Shown: positions 39,000 to 51,904, counted from the first letter of the whole stretch. The stretch is DNA of 57,242 bases, filler included, from Jimgerdemannia flammicorona (GCA_003990765.1; 2 parts of 2 records of this genome joined end to end with filler, not necessarily neighbours in it); one strand, 5' to 3'. Notes: generated by a model not told the origin, from the sequence alone. Numbers and translations: made by a program.

Positions 39000-39405
39000 G
39001 TCTGAACTTCCAAATTCCTTGACTTGTCTTGTTCCTTTAGTTAGTTCAGAGACTTCTTGTAACTGTGGAGTCTTGACCTTCATGAAGACTACTTGAGCAA
39101 TCTTCTGTCCTCTAATGATTTGGTATCATTCTATACTGCTGTTGTGTAAGATAACCTTGATTTCCTATATATCTTGGATCAATGATTTCTCCTTCCACAG
39201 TTATTCCTTGTCTGGCAAGTCCAGACCTTGAGGTCAGTTGGATGTAAGATCCTTGGGGTGGCTGTATGGCTAATTTAGTTCTGATTATGAAGGTTTTTCT
39301 GGGCTTGATAGCTTCATCCTTCAGACTGTGAAGATTATATTCTACATCCTCTGAGTGGGCTTTGGTTGGGGGTTTGACCTTGGGGTGCAGCAGGGCATAC
39401 TGGGC
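39000..39405 (-). pseudogene. dut: Retroelement dUTPase (family B)
   Basis: QPPQGSYIQLTSRSGLARQGITVEGEII-D..IKVILHN..GQKIAQVVF..RQVKEFGSS; trimeric dUTPase motifs 2-5. Confidence 0.88.
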
Positions 39406-40679
39406 AATATTCTTACTGAGTTCAGGCTTTCCTAAGGCTGAAGCTCCACTAACAGAGAGCCTCCAAGCTCTAAGGTTGAGGTGTGGCCATCTGGCTCCAG
39501 TAGAGGGATCTTAGAGATAGTTAATTCTCCTTTTTTTTATAGGGTCTAGGGCTTCTATGAAGTTGGTAGCATCTTCTGCCCATCCTTGGCAGGTTGTATA
39601 TCTGATGAGAGCTAGGATGTCTTCTCCTAAATCATAGATCTTAAGGATCCTTTTTCCTGGCTTTTTGATCTGACTTTTTTTGGATCTGGCTTCAGTTATC
39701 TTCTCTCTTCAAAATATAGATTGCAATATCATAACTGAGATGAATCTTCTGATGTCTGCAGTCTCAGCAGTTGGGATATCTTCTATAGTTGCAATATCCC
39801 ATTGCTCAGAAATAATGTTCCTGGTTATTGATCTCTTGTTGTCTTGAAAATTGGTACCCATCTTGGTCATAGGTGGGTAGAAGAGTAGATAAGGGATATA
39901 TTTCTGTCTAGGTGAAGAAGCCTTGTCCCCTGAATTGGCTTTGCAACTTGGTGGTAACTTCTTGGAAGATAGTTGACTGTGCAAGTGTGTTTGGGAGTTC
40001 TGGTCTCTGGGGTCTGTCTCTCCTATTGGTCTAGTAAATAGTACTGATAGCAGTAGTCTTGAGGAGAGTAGAAGATCATTTGGTGTGGACATCTTCCAAG
40101 CTGAAAAGCCTTTTCTTAGTGAGTTTCTTTCTTGGGGATAATGGTGATTATACTGAGTCCTTCTTCCATATTCCAAGAGTCATTGTCTTCAGGTGGTGTC
40201 CAGTGAGAATTATCCCAGGGAATGAGTTCAGAGACCTCTTCTTCTTTAAGTACTTCTTGTTCAGGAACTTCTTGGTCAGAAGTTTCTTCTTCCTCAGATA
40301 ATTCTTGACCCCAAATTACTTGTACTTCTGCAGCTTCAGTTGCAGGTAATTCTGGAACATATCTGCATTTCTTCTTCTTCTTTCTGCATTCTGGGCAGGC
40401 TGTGCCAGGTGATTTCTTTATTCCCATGATCTTAGAGGAATGCTTGGGACACTTGTATCTCTTGAGGCAGGTAGGACATCCTTTGATTTCTCCTGCAATG
40501 GCTCCAATAGTGATGGGGATAGTGTTTTCTACCCACACATTGTCTTCTGGTCTGTCATCCACCAGGTTAATTTGGAGATTGAGTCTGGGATCATTTCTAT
40601 CTTCAGATTCTTCTTCTTCTTCTGTAGTAGACTCCTCACTGCTGACATATTCTTCCTAAATAGTGACCTTCTTCTTCTT

Positions 40680-41210
40680 CGATTACTCATAGCTGGTCAC
40701 CTTAACTCTATACTTCTTGCCTTGGTAGTCAAACTTGAGTACTTGTTGACCAATATCAATAACTGCATTCATTTCCTTCATCTAGTTGGTGCCAAGAATC
40801 ATATCAGAGGTGACAGCTTCTATGATAACAGCTTTGGAGATAGAGAACTAAATATGTCCAAGAGAGATAGTAATGTTTTGTATTTCTTCAAGGGGTTGAG
40901 TTTGGGCTCTATCTGCTACTATGATGCTGAGATTGGAAGGTCCATCAATGGGTCATTGAAGGGTGTTCAGGAACTGTTTGGCAATGATACAGATGGCTGC
41001 TCCTATATCTATGAGGATCTTTGCCTTTTGTCCTCCAATATCTCTATATTGGTAGGTGCTGACATATCTTTCAGCTGCTTGGACAGAGATGGAAACTGGT
41101 TCTTGCTGTGGGATTGGAACTTGGCCAGTACTAGACCTGGTTGTTCTCAACAATTTGTTTTGGACTCCAGCTGGTGTCAGTTGCAGGAACTGCAGGAGAG
41201 GAACTTCCAT
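40680..41210 (-). pseudogene. Retropepsin-like aspartic protease remnant
   Basis: KAKILIDIGAAICII (DTG changed to DIG by C>T), with a downstream VILGTN-type motif. Confidence 0.72.
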
Positions 41211-41649
41211 CTTGGCCTCTTAGATCTTCTGCCAGACTTCATTGTAGATATCTCTAGGTATGGTCTTTGGGGTGTACTTTTTCTTGAGCTTTGGGGCAAC
41301 AGATTCTCATTCTTCTTATTTCATTTCTTCATCTTCTAGTAGCAACTCATTTGTCTTGGAGACAAAAGGTGAGAGGGTTTGGGAGGTGTTTCTACTTATT
41401 ATTCTTCATATTCTTCATCTTCTTCTTGGATGATTCTTCTGCTAATATTTCTGGATGATCTTCCTACAGATCTCTTTCTTTTCTCTACTGGATAGACTGT
41501 TTTCTGAGTGGTAACCTTGGTAGGGTATAAGTCTAGGTCACTGTAGTCTTCACTGTTACTTGCCTCCTCAAAATCTTCAACAGAATGAGCTTCAGTCTTT
41601 TTGTACTGAGTGTCATTTCTTCAGTTTGATGATTCTGAGTCTCTTTGGT

Positions 41650-42733
41650 TACTTCTTTTATTGTCACATTTGGTAGTATAGTGTCCAAATTGTCTACAGT
41701 GGAAGTATTGGACTTGGGCTCTGTCTCAGATAGGATATCTTCTTTCTTCTTGCTGGTAATTCCTGTTATCTCTTAGTGGATAACCTTGGCTCCTCTGTGG
41801 TGGGTATCCTCTGTTGTCTTGGTAGCCCCAATTTTCACATGTAGTGAGTTTTTCAATCTGTCCAACCAATTGGTCCAACTTGGAGCTGAGGTCTTAGATT
41901 TTACTTCTGTCCTTCTTTTCTTTCTTGGCTAGCCTTCTTTCTTTGGATCTTTCTTGTTCTTGAAGGAGTCCTTGTAGAGCTTTGACCAGGATGTCTTCTT
42001 TATCTTCTTTCTTATTATGATCACTCCAAGTAGTTCCTTGTCTGACATCAAAGAATTCTTGGGCTGCATCTACTTACTCTACAGACCTTCTGATACCTAG
42101 GGTGTGGACATGCTGGGCAATGTTCAGAGGAATTCCATTCATAAAGGTCATTGGATCTATGATGTTCTGGTTGGTAGCATTGAATCCAGCAGCATGCATT
42201 CTCTTCTGGATTCTTGTGAAGAAGGCTCTGGGTGATTCTCTGAGATTCATCTTCATCTCCATGATAGATTCCTGGGCCTTATGGCAGGTTTCATTTCCTG
42301 GATACTTTTCAATGAGCCAGTGAACCATGGCTATATATTCTAGCTTATAAGATGCTGCTGCCTGTATCTGTCTTGTCAATTCTGAATCAGGATTGTTTGC
42401 TGTTTGATGGAAAATTCCTCTGGCTGGTTCTCTGAGCTGAGCCTTATAGATGGCAATTTTTCTTTCATCTGAGAGATTTCTCAGAGCTGTAATTCCTTCA
42501 ATTCCATCAAGGAATTCTCTGGGGTCTTCCTCCAGGTATTCTGCAAAGGTTGGCAATGAGGTGGCCATTTTGTTATCACTTTCTTCTGATTCTAGTTTGG
42601 GTTCAGATTCAGATTTTGATTTACTTTCTGAACTGTCACTAAAGATGGGGGTGCTTGGATATCTTGAGGATGGTGTTCTAGACCTTGGATGAAGTGAAAT
42701 AAGCCTAGGTATTCTTGTAGGAGCTACTTCCAA
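41650..42733 (-). pseudogene. gag: Gag of family B with a CCHC knuckle remnant
   Basis: LPTFAEYLEEDPREFL..KMNLRESPRAFFTRI..FMNGIP; (C>Y)FHCRQFGHYTTKC at ~41665-41707. Confidence 0.8.
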
Positions 42734-42954
42734 CTCTGCAAACAGTTGTGGTAAAGGTTCTATTAGTGAGATTAATGGGACTGATATGGGGTGTCTGGCT
42801 GTAAGGTCTCAGGTTCATATAATAAGATCTTTTAGTTCTTGTGCAAGTTCTTCAAAATCTCTAGCAGGACTACCTGTATTGTCTGGTTGATCTGATTGGA
42901 GATTTTGGACTATGCTACCTTCTGGTTCTGGTTGGGATCCTTCTGATGCTGAGT

Positions 42955-43020
<66 letters not shown>

Positions 43021-43042
43021 GTTACTTGGACTCTGTCTTTAT

Positions 43043-46000
43043 TACCAGTCTGTGAATAAGTATACAATATCACCACCTACTATCCAATCCCCATTGGGGA
43101 GTCCCTCCCCACCCCTTCATAAATAAAGATTACCCTCTCACCAACTACTCCAACTCTCCCACCACTCTGTCTACAGATTTTCTCTACCAAGTGATGTCTC
43201 TGACTCCCCTGCAGCCCCCAACCAAGCCATCAGCCTGTCAAGGTGTCTTCCATAAGACTCTGCCACTGTGACAACTGGCTCCTCAAGCTCTGTCACCTCC
43301 TATTCTCAAAAAAAAATAGCCAGTGACCAGCCAGCCTAACCCAAATAGCCAATGCCCAATCTAAGGTAATCTACTTCTTTCCTACCCCTCCTACCAATTG
43401 ATCCCTCAAGTCCTCCCACCTCCCCCGTACTTCATCTCTCCTACGTCTCACCCCCAAGTGGTCCCCAATGACCTGCCAAAAGTCTCTCAATACCTTGCCC
43501 TCTCCTAGCCAATGTTCTGGCATCTGTATAAAGCCCCCTTCCTGCCCTACATTGTGGTACTCCTTATAGTCAAAGCAACCCCCTATGATAAGGTGCCCTG
43601 AGCAGAAGTTGAGCATTACATTCCTCCTCAGCATACACCACCAGACCACCCAGTACTTCAGTGGCATCCATTTTTGTACTGTGGTACTCCAGATCCAAAC
43701 ACCATGCCAGTCCCACTCTTCTCTAATTCCAACTCCTTGCCAACTGCTAGGCCACAGATCCTGGCCTGGTCTCCTCTGATATTCTATTCTATCACCAACG
43801 TCGAACTCAAGTAAAGACACACCACCCAGCAGTATGCCATCCCATCTCCACATCACTAGGTCCCAAGCCTTCTCCCTCTTATTCCCCTGCCAGCGAATAC
43901 CAATGTGGTGTATCCCCTCCACTATCTCTCACCAGAAACCTCTATATTGCAATTGTGCAGTGTTCTGAAGTCCAACCAATGTGAGAAGATCACCAGTTGA
44001 GCCTCTCAATGATGACTGCCTCTCTCAGACCTTCTGCAGCAGGGGAACCCAACCCCCTCCTTGCAACTCCACCACCCTCTTAAGTCACCATACTCTCAAG
44101 CAGTATAGTCATTTGGGAAAGTCCACCAGTCCAAGACCCTCTCTTGCCACTGGTAGGGACAAGGTCTCCCAACCAATCTGACTCTGTCTGCCAGCCCAAA
44201 TCCATCTCTTGGTCACCTTCACCAATCTCTTCACCACCCAGACCAAGAAGTCCAGATGATAAGCCAAATACCACAGCTTCGGTAGCCAATATATATTTAA
44301 AATCAAGACCTATTCCACCAGAGAAAAGTGTCTTCCCCCCCAACCCTACAGGTCCTTCTCCTAAATTCCAATTTGCTGCTCCCACCAAAGCCTGGGCAGA
44401 ACTGACCCATAGACTGACAAATAGATGCCCAAGTACTGCACTGCCTCACCAGTGGGGACAATTGTTCCTATAACTTCTCCTTCCACCAGACCATTACCTA
44501 GTACCATTGTTTCACACTTGTGCTAATTCAGCTTCACCCCAGAGTTCTCCTTATATCACTCCACTATCTTCTTGAGCTCCTTGACATTAGCAATTGATCC
44601 CAAACCAACCACTATATCATCCACAAAGGCCCCAACTTTCCACTCAATGCTATAGATAGAGAGCCCCACTATCCTCTGCCTAATTCTGTCCATTAGGAGT
44701 TCCAGGGAAAGAGCATACAAGATGGGGGACAGTGGGTCCCCCTGGGGCAGCCCTCTACTCAGAGGGAATACTACCCCTCTATACCCATTACATATGAGTG
44801 CAGCCCTACTCTCTTTCAGTAGGCTGATCATTGCTGACCAAAACTGGATCAGAACCCCCATTCTATTCAATACTTTCACCAGTCAGACATATTGCACCCA
44901 GTCATAAGCCTTCTCTTGGTCCAAGAAGACTAGTTACCCATCTAGTCCACATGCTCTAGCCCCTTCAATAACTCCATGTACCCAGGCTGTGCCATCTCTA
45001 ATGAGCCGACCACCCACAAATTCCTTCTGCTCAACCCCTATAACTTGCTGAGCTACCTTCTGTAGCCTTGTGACCACCACTTTAGTTACCAACTTTCTGT
45101 CCATATCTAGCAACATTATTGGCTGCCAGTTCTTCCAATCCTCTCATCTTCCTTTGTTCTTATAAAGCAGCATCACCAGCCCAAGATCCTGCTCCCCCAC
45201 CCATCTCCCTGTCTGCAATATAGAGTCACACAATGCTGTCAACTCTTCCATCACACCTGGGACTCCAACCATTCACTTCCAGAAGTCCCAGGGTAGGCCA
45301 TCCTCCCCAGGTGCTGTATCTGAGGCTGTCGCAGCAAGAACCTGGTGGATCTCATCCTCCTTTACAAGTATTACCAGGTCACCTAGTCCCGCAACTTGTG
45401 GTGGACACCAATTCTCCAATATTCAGTCAATGTCAGTAGCATCTGCCCCACTCTCCTCCTCACTCCACAATCCACTCTAGTGCTCCCAATGAATTGAATC
45501 GAATCAAATTTGGCCCAAACTTGATTTGATTTGATCGAATCAAGGGTTCAATTCGATTCGATTCAAATTGAATCAAAGGTCCAATTCGATTTGAAGTTCA
45601 ATTCGAACCTTAATTTTCAAAATATAATAACTCGACGAAAACTCATCCAGATTTAACACATTTTAGCTTGTTAGATTCACCATATTAATGTGATTCTAAC
45701 AAGCTAAAGTACATTAGATTTGGATGAGTTTATGCTGAGTTATTGCATATTGAAAATTAGGGTTTGAATTAGACCCTCAATTTGATTCAACTTTTGATTT
45801 GATTCAAATTGATTCAAATTGAAAAATATCCAATTTGATTTGACTTATTTAACCCTCAATTCAATTTGATTCGAATTGATTTGACTCATTTGTGAGCACT
45901 AATCCACTCCATCGCTCCTTCAGTGATCTAAGAATATCCTGTACACTATGCACTAGTATACCATCCAAGTCAAGTATCCCTTCCCACCATTGCTGTACCC

Positions 46001-47166
46001 TTCTCGCCCTAAGGATCCTCATGAGAAACTTGGAAGGCCTCTCCCCTTCCTCTAGCCCCTGCCAATGAAGCCATACCACTAAGCTTTGCACCCTTGCCTC
46101 TTCCTCTTCCTGCAACACCTGTTGTAGTTCCCCAACCTCCATCTTCACCCTCATTACTCTCCAATCTTCTTCTCCCTCCACCATTGCCAGTCTCAGCCAC
46201 TCCTTTAGAAGCCTAGCCAATCTAGTAGAAGCCCAGTGCACTCACTGCCATCACTGCTTCCCTGCCACCTTGCCAGCCTCACTCCAGTATATCCTGGTCA
46301 TCTCTTTCATCCTCATCCACTGAACCCCAATTGAGGCACCTTTCTGCTGCCAGTTCTCCACCCTCAGCTGAATGTCTTTAGCCCACTCTTCCTACCAGGA
46401 CTCATCATCTAACAAGGAGGAATTTAGGCACCAATGTCCAGGCCCATCCCCACTTCCCCCAAAGCACCCCTGTCCCAAAAGGCCCCAGTGATCTGACCAT
46501 GGGCACCATTCCACCTCCAGCAACTTCCAAATATCTTGGCCCCAACAGTTGGCCATCAGAACCCAGTCAATCCTTGTCCTGAGGCCTCCAGCCCAATGCA
46601 TATACCCTCCTATCTCCCCAGTACTCCCTGCCAGTATCTACCAGTACTCTTAGTCTTTCAACTTTCTCCCACATCACCAGCCCCCCACTCCTGCTCTCAG
46701 CCCCCCATCCTCCATCAGTTCTATCCATCTGTATATCCTGAACCATATTGAAATCTCCCCCCAGCATATCCACTCCAGCCTCTGCCAGGATCCCACTCTC
46801 CTGGAGACCCTTCACCCAATCTACACACTCCCCCCTTATGGCAGGGTAGTAACAGAAGCCAACTGTAACTGGCTCCCAGCCTGCATGAATCCATTCACCC
46901 CAGACCAGCCTCTCCCCCCAGCTCCTCACATCTCTTATCTCCCCTCTGCCTTTCCGAACCAGAATCCTGACCTTGCCATTCCAAATTACTATGCCACCTC
47001 ATTTCTTTGTCCATTCCATCCTATCAGAATCATTCTCACACCTGATATCCTGCAAGAGAAAGAGATTGGCCTCCAATCCTTTCAGCCAAATAAAAATGTT
47101 CCTATGTCTAACAGCACTCTGTAGCCCACTCACATTCAAAGAAAAAATGTTAGTTGTACTGTTTAT
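43043..47166 (-). pseudogene. LINE ORF2, disrupted and interrupted by a MITE
   Basis: Motifs LLQDIR, GGDFN, TRIDW, SDH, GLPQGDPLSP and FVDD. Ends GDIVYLFTDW* with the stop overlapping AATAAA. Confidence 0.9.
45478..45901. mobile_element. hAT-type MITE, 424 bp
   Basis: TIRs TAGTGCTCCCAA / TTGTGAGCACTA and a perfect 8-bp TSD ATCCACTC (45470-45477, 45902-45909). Subterminal TTCGA/TTTGA repeats and a central foldback. Confidence 0.92.
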
Positions 47167-47196
47167 AATGAAATACAATTTATTACCAGTTGATCT

Positions 47197-49221
47197 CTAC
47201 TGCTCCATGCTCATCTCCTCCTGTGCTGTGTCCAGATTATGTTCTGCCATCACCTTCTCCTCTTCAGCCCTCTGAGCCTCCAATCCAGCCAACAGCTCAT
47301 TTATCTCCCCATCCGCCTTCTCCTCAAACTCCTCCCAGTACTCAATGCAAGCCTCCTGCCAAAGCTGCAATCCATGATACTTGTTCCAACAGTACTCAGC
47401 CCTCTCCCCAGTGACAACTATCATCTCCGCCTCCTGCTCCTTATCCACCTCATACCCTTCCTCCTCCAGATACACCACAAGAATTTCCGCCTTCAGTGCT
47501 ATCATCACTCCATCCCCCTGCAAAATCCACATCCAGTGCTCATCACCCATCACTCATAAGTCCACCTCTCCCAACTCTTCTGCCACCAGGTTATTCATCA
47601 TCCTGCACATCCAAAGAAGGTTCCCCACCTCCTTCCCTCCAGGGGTTGCTGGCCTCCCTCCATCCAGCATTGTGGTGTTGGCTCCAGCACTCACAGCCTC
47701 ATCCCACATCTCTGGGACATCCACCAGTTCCTCCTCCCCAGCTACCACTACATGTCCCCTGTCCATCACCTCTGGGACATCGAATTTCACCTGATGGGTC
47801 CCCAGCATTGTCACATCCTCCACCATCTTGTTTCTGGAAGCTGGGCCTCACCTGATAAGAGGAGAAGGAGTGGGGGAATCCTCTCAGACCTCATCCCAAA
47901 CCTCCAAGGTGCCATCATCATATGGGTCAATAATCTTCACCTCCTTCACCTTCCCTGTCTCCTCTCCAGCATTCCCACTCCTCTTGTCAGTCCAGATACT
48001 CGCTTTGGCCCCTTCCACACCCATCATCTTGCTTATATCCTCCTGTGGTCTGTTCCCCAGTTTAGCCAGCAGATCCTTCTGTCTCTTATATCCCTGAGCC
48101 CTTTCCCACTGCACCTTGTTCACTCGAATCCTCTTTCCATCCACCACCTCCAGGTGTGTTGACTCCACAAAAGCCTTCTAAGCCTTGGCTCACCATTCTA
48201 TAGCACCATCCAATTCTTCCAGCACTTCCAATAAATCCTCTTCCTCCTTTTCACTTCCTTTCACCCTCGTCACCTTATACAAGATCACTCCCCAGACCAT
48301 CACCGAAGGCCAATTCCTTGCCTTCCCAGTAGCTTCTTTCCCAGCCAGCTGAATCCTCACATCCACATCCCCAGTCCTGAGTAAGGTCCCTTCCCAGACC
48401 CTGAAGCTGATATCCACTACCTCTCCATACTCTACCATAACATCCTCAACTCTCTTTCTCATCTCCATCACTGTCACTGTGGGCACTCCTTTCATCAGCA
48501 GTTGGACCACCCTCGGATCTCATTTCAGACACCTCGCCATCGGAACACACACCTTCCCAACCACCAACCCAATCTTCAATGCCTCCTCCAGCAGCTCAGC
48601 CTCCTCAAAACCCACCTCCACACCCTCCAGTCCCTTCAAAAACTTCATTGACATGGCTCCTGCCACCTACTTAGTGATAAGCCCTGGTACCATTTTCACC
48701 GTCACCATTAAGCCCTAGAAGCACAGTGTAACCATAAATGCTAAGATTGATTTTTTGAGTAATGAGGCCACTACTAGGCCCATTATACCATCCACCAAAT
48801 TCCCTTGTCTTCCAAGCCTCAGCTGCTCAGCCTCACCAACAGCCATCACATCTGGATTTTTTTCCAGATTAGCAGTCCCATTGCCATCAGCAGTCACACT
48901 CCTCCCAGCCACTACTCCCCTAGCTCCACTACCCCCCTTTTCAAGGGCTACTCCCCCATGCACCACTACCTTCTTAGTCTCCTTGCCCCTCCTCAGCCAG
49001 CCCTCCAGCCCTAATGTCTGCTGCCTCCCCTTCACCATCTCCACAAAGCTCGCTCTCTCAGATCCTTGTCCACCACTAATACCTCCACCTCTTCCATGTC
49101 TTCCCACCAGCAGCCCCCTCATGTCCCCCCCCAGGCTCGGGCCCCTCCCCACCTGCTGCCATTCGAAAGCACTTGGGCCACCCTGCCTAGTATATACCTC
49201 AGATTGCCTGTCGGTCGCCAT
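47197..49221 (-). pseudogene. LINE ORF1, disrupted
   Basis: Track fragments 48715-49221, 48190-48510, 47884-48168, 47554-47826 and 47197-47553 lie in one frame and end in EMSMEQ*. Confidence 0.88.
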
Positions 49222-49471
49222 ATTGTTAGTCTCTTTTCTCTAAAAACAATATTGTAAGTGCCTTCCAAAGGTTGTGTAACCTGAATTATACTAGAGAAAG
49301 ATGTCCTACTAATGCTGGGTAGTTGGTAAGTCTTGATGTGATTACTTCTCTTTCTATCCAAATGCTGATGATAACTGGTTCTTCTGTAGTAACAGAGATT
49401 GGTATTGTATCAAATATATCCAGTTTGACTGTGGGTTCTTGTGAGCTGAAAAGTCACATTGATTTGAAATC

Positions 49472-49489
49472 TTCCCAGTTGAGCCCCCA
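49472..49489 (-). promoter_or_regulatory. Primer-binding site, tRNA-Pro-like
   Basis: TGGGGGCTCAACTGGGAA lies 2 nt after the LTR end GTTACA and resembles the canonical PBS-Pro TGGGGGCTCGTCCGGGAT. Confidence 0.75.
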
Positions 49490-49491
49490 AA

Positions 49492-50640
49492 TGTAACATA
49501 CCTGGCTCAATGGAGGCAAATTACAAGGTTGGGGGTTGATGTAGTTTGGCTTGAGCCCCCAGTTACTTTATCAAAAAGCAATAAAATATTTCAAGATTTC
49601 TGAGGTCCTTGGTGTTTAGTGGTATAATAGTCAAAAGCTGGATATCTGTAAGTAATTTGTATATCAATTTCCTAATTAGGTTGGTTCTCTGAGCATAGCA
49701 GCAATTTGTATGTCTTTTCCTTTCTTGGATCAATCTGGAAATTGGTAGAATTTTGTATATAGTGCAATGATCTTCCTTATGTGTGACAGTCTGGCAATTT
49801 AGCAGTTTTCCTTCTTAGGTGATGGTGATCTTCAAAAGTATGTGATTTCTGAGTGATAGTCTTAGTGTATCAATCTTTGTAGGGTATGACAATCTCTAAA
49901 AGTATACAATTTCTGATAGATAGCTTGATTTGTCTCACTGGGAATTGTATGGTATGGGTTCTTCTTACTGGAAATAATACTGATGGCAGATATCTTGATA
50001 ACTCAGGCTCACTGGGAACAATGAATGATTTTGGCAGCAGATAACTCAGATAACTTGGATGTTGTAAATTAGGCTCTTCTGGGAATAATACTTGGATGTT
50101 GTGGAAACTTGGATGACATGAATCAGGTTCTTCTGGGAATATAGATAACTTGAAAATGATGGCTTTAATTGGGAATTAACTTGGATGGTGTGGATTCTTC
50201 CTAAATTAGTGGCTTCAACTGAGAAAGAGTAGTAAAGTTCTTTCATGAACTTGGGCAGCAAATCTTCAGGCTTATCTGGCAAGTAAACTAAAAACAGATT
50301 TATTCTTTGTATCAGAAAGTGGACTAGAGTGGAAAAAGGAAACCAATGCTCACAATCTCCTAGTAGTGGCTTTAGAACAGGCATTTCTCCTAAGTATTGT
50401 AATCCTTCCTGAATCAAGTGGCTTTTGGCAGGCATATCCCTCAAAGTATAGTAGACAGACTTGTCTTTTGCTTTTTGGATTCAATTTCAGACTGAGGTTT
50501 ATTTACTCTTGTCTCTGGGGTATTTTATACAGGTTGGTTACTATCTGGTTGCTATGTGGCTAATTATAGATTTGCTATGTTTGAGTAGACAGCCACTGTC
50601 TAGTAGACAGTCACTGTCTAAGGAATAACTACTGTTCACA
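49492..50640 (-). repeat. 5' LTR of family B (~1.15 kb, short U3, no embedded ORF)
   Basis: TGTGAAC...GTTACA termini; TATAAAATAC at ~50520-50529 and AATAAACC at ~50496-50503. Confidence 0.72.
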
Positions 50641-50649
50641 TTATTCCCT

Positions 50650-51900
50650 TTTCTGACTATCTGGTTATTTATATGTTTTTCTGTAGCAATGGTTGCTGGT
50701 TACTATACTATGCTAATATTTATGTCACTCAGTTAGATTGAGATTACTATATCTTCATGGTTTGTCATAGTATCCTCTTTGCATTTTCTAGAAATTATTT
50801 CAGGATTTATACTTTTTCTTAAATTATTATCATTTATCTCTTTAGTAATTATTTCTGTTCTTTAGACTATTAGAATAATATGCTCTAATAATAACTTATC
50901 CTAGAGATTATTACTCATAGGTAATTATAGAGTTATTCTTATTTATAAATCTTTTCTGATAATTAATCTGATATAGTATTAAAGAAGTATGAAACTCTTG
51001 CTCTATTTATTGTTTACTCTTATTAATTATATTCTACTTTTATAATATTTAAAAGAGTCTCTAGTCTTATTATAAAGGCTTCTGGATCTTCTTTTCTATC
51101 ATTATAGAATTAGATATTCTTGAGCTTAGTTCTGACTTCAACAATATGGGCAGAACTGCAGAACTGTTAAATTATTAGCTTCTTTAGGCCTATGATAGCT
51201 AGATAGACTTTATAGTTAGAATAATCATCACTTTTATCACTTGTATCAATTTCAGTATAGATTTTTCAAATGAGAGAATATAATAAAAAATTATATTATT
51301 ACTGGATAGATATATCTATAAAATTAATATAGAGATCTTTAATTTTATAGTACTTATTATTGGTGAGAATATTGGCTAAATTACATATAATAGTCATTTT
51401 ATCTATTATTATAGTAGTTAGTATCAACTTATCTAATAAATACTATTACTTAGTCTACTTTATCTTCAAATAGTATAAGTTGAAGACCTTTTATAGGTTT
51501 GTTTATTTTGATATTAAGATAAAGAACTTGGATAAGAATAGCTACTTGATCAGCTAGAGCTGTTTTCTTTTTATTGTAGATATTATTTAATTATCTTTAT
51601 TATCTAAGTGATAGAGTAGTAGTAATCTTTCTTTAAATACTATTATCTCAGAAGTAGTATAATATATAGTTATTCTTCTATAATATTACTGAGATAGATA
51701 AATTTGGTAACTAGTCTATAGGTTAGTAGTCTTGATGAGGTTATTATTAAAACTTTTATAATAATTTTCAGTAAACTTGATATTCTTAGTACTAGATTTA
51801 TAATAGTACTGAGATCACTAGTATCTGACTTAGATATTTCTTTGATTATACTTCTAAGTCAGAATAATATATTTAGAACTTTGTTAGATTCAGTAGTTTT
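50650..51900 (-). pseudogene. Highly degenerate gag-like remnant related to family A
   Basis: LADQVAILIQ..FEDKVD*VIVFIR*VDTNY resembles family A gag (..FNGTAQEVQSFISIVDTNF). Very TpA-rich. Confidence 0.45.
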
Positions 51901-51904
51901 ATTC

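Larger units (their letters stand above)
42957..49303 (-). mobile_element. Complete L1/Tx1-clade LINE copy 4 (divergent subfamily) with poly(A) tail and ~21-bp target-site duplication
   Basis: T-run 42957-43017 and AATAAA at ~43038-43043. TSD tccttctgatgctgagtagtt (42938-42958) vs tcctactaatgctgggtagtt (49304-49324). Confidence 0.95.
38950..50640 (-). mobile_element. Family B gypsy-type element (5' LTR-PBS-gag-protease-extra region-dUTPase), split by LINE copy 4 and truncated before RT
   Basis: LTR, tRNA-Pro-like PBS, gag, zinc knuckle, protease and dUTPase occur in order on the minus strand. The LINE target-site duplication links the two halves. Confidence 0.82.

Noticed and set aside
40440..41339. 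299-aa plus-strand ORF
   Set aside because: Antisense to the family B gag/protease region; no independent motif.
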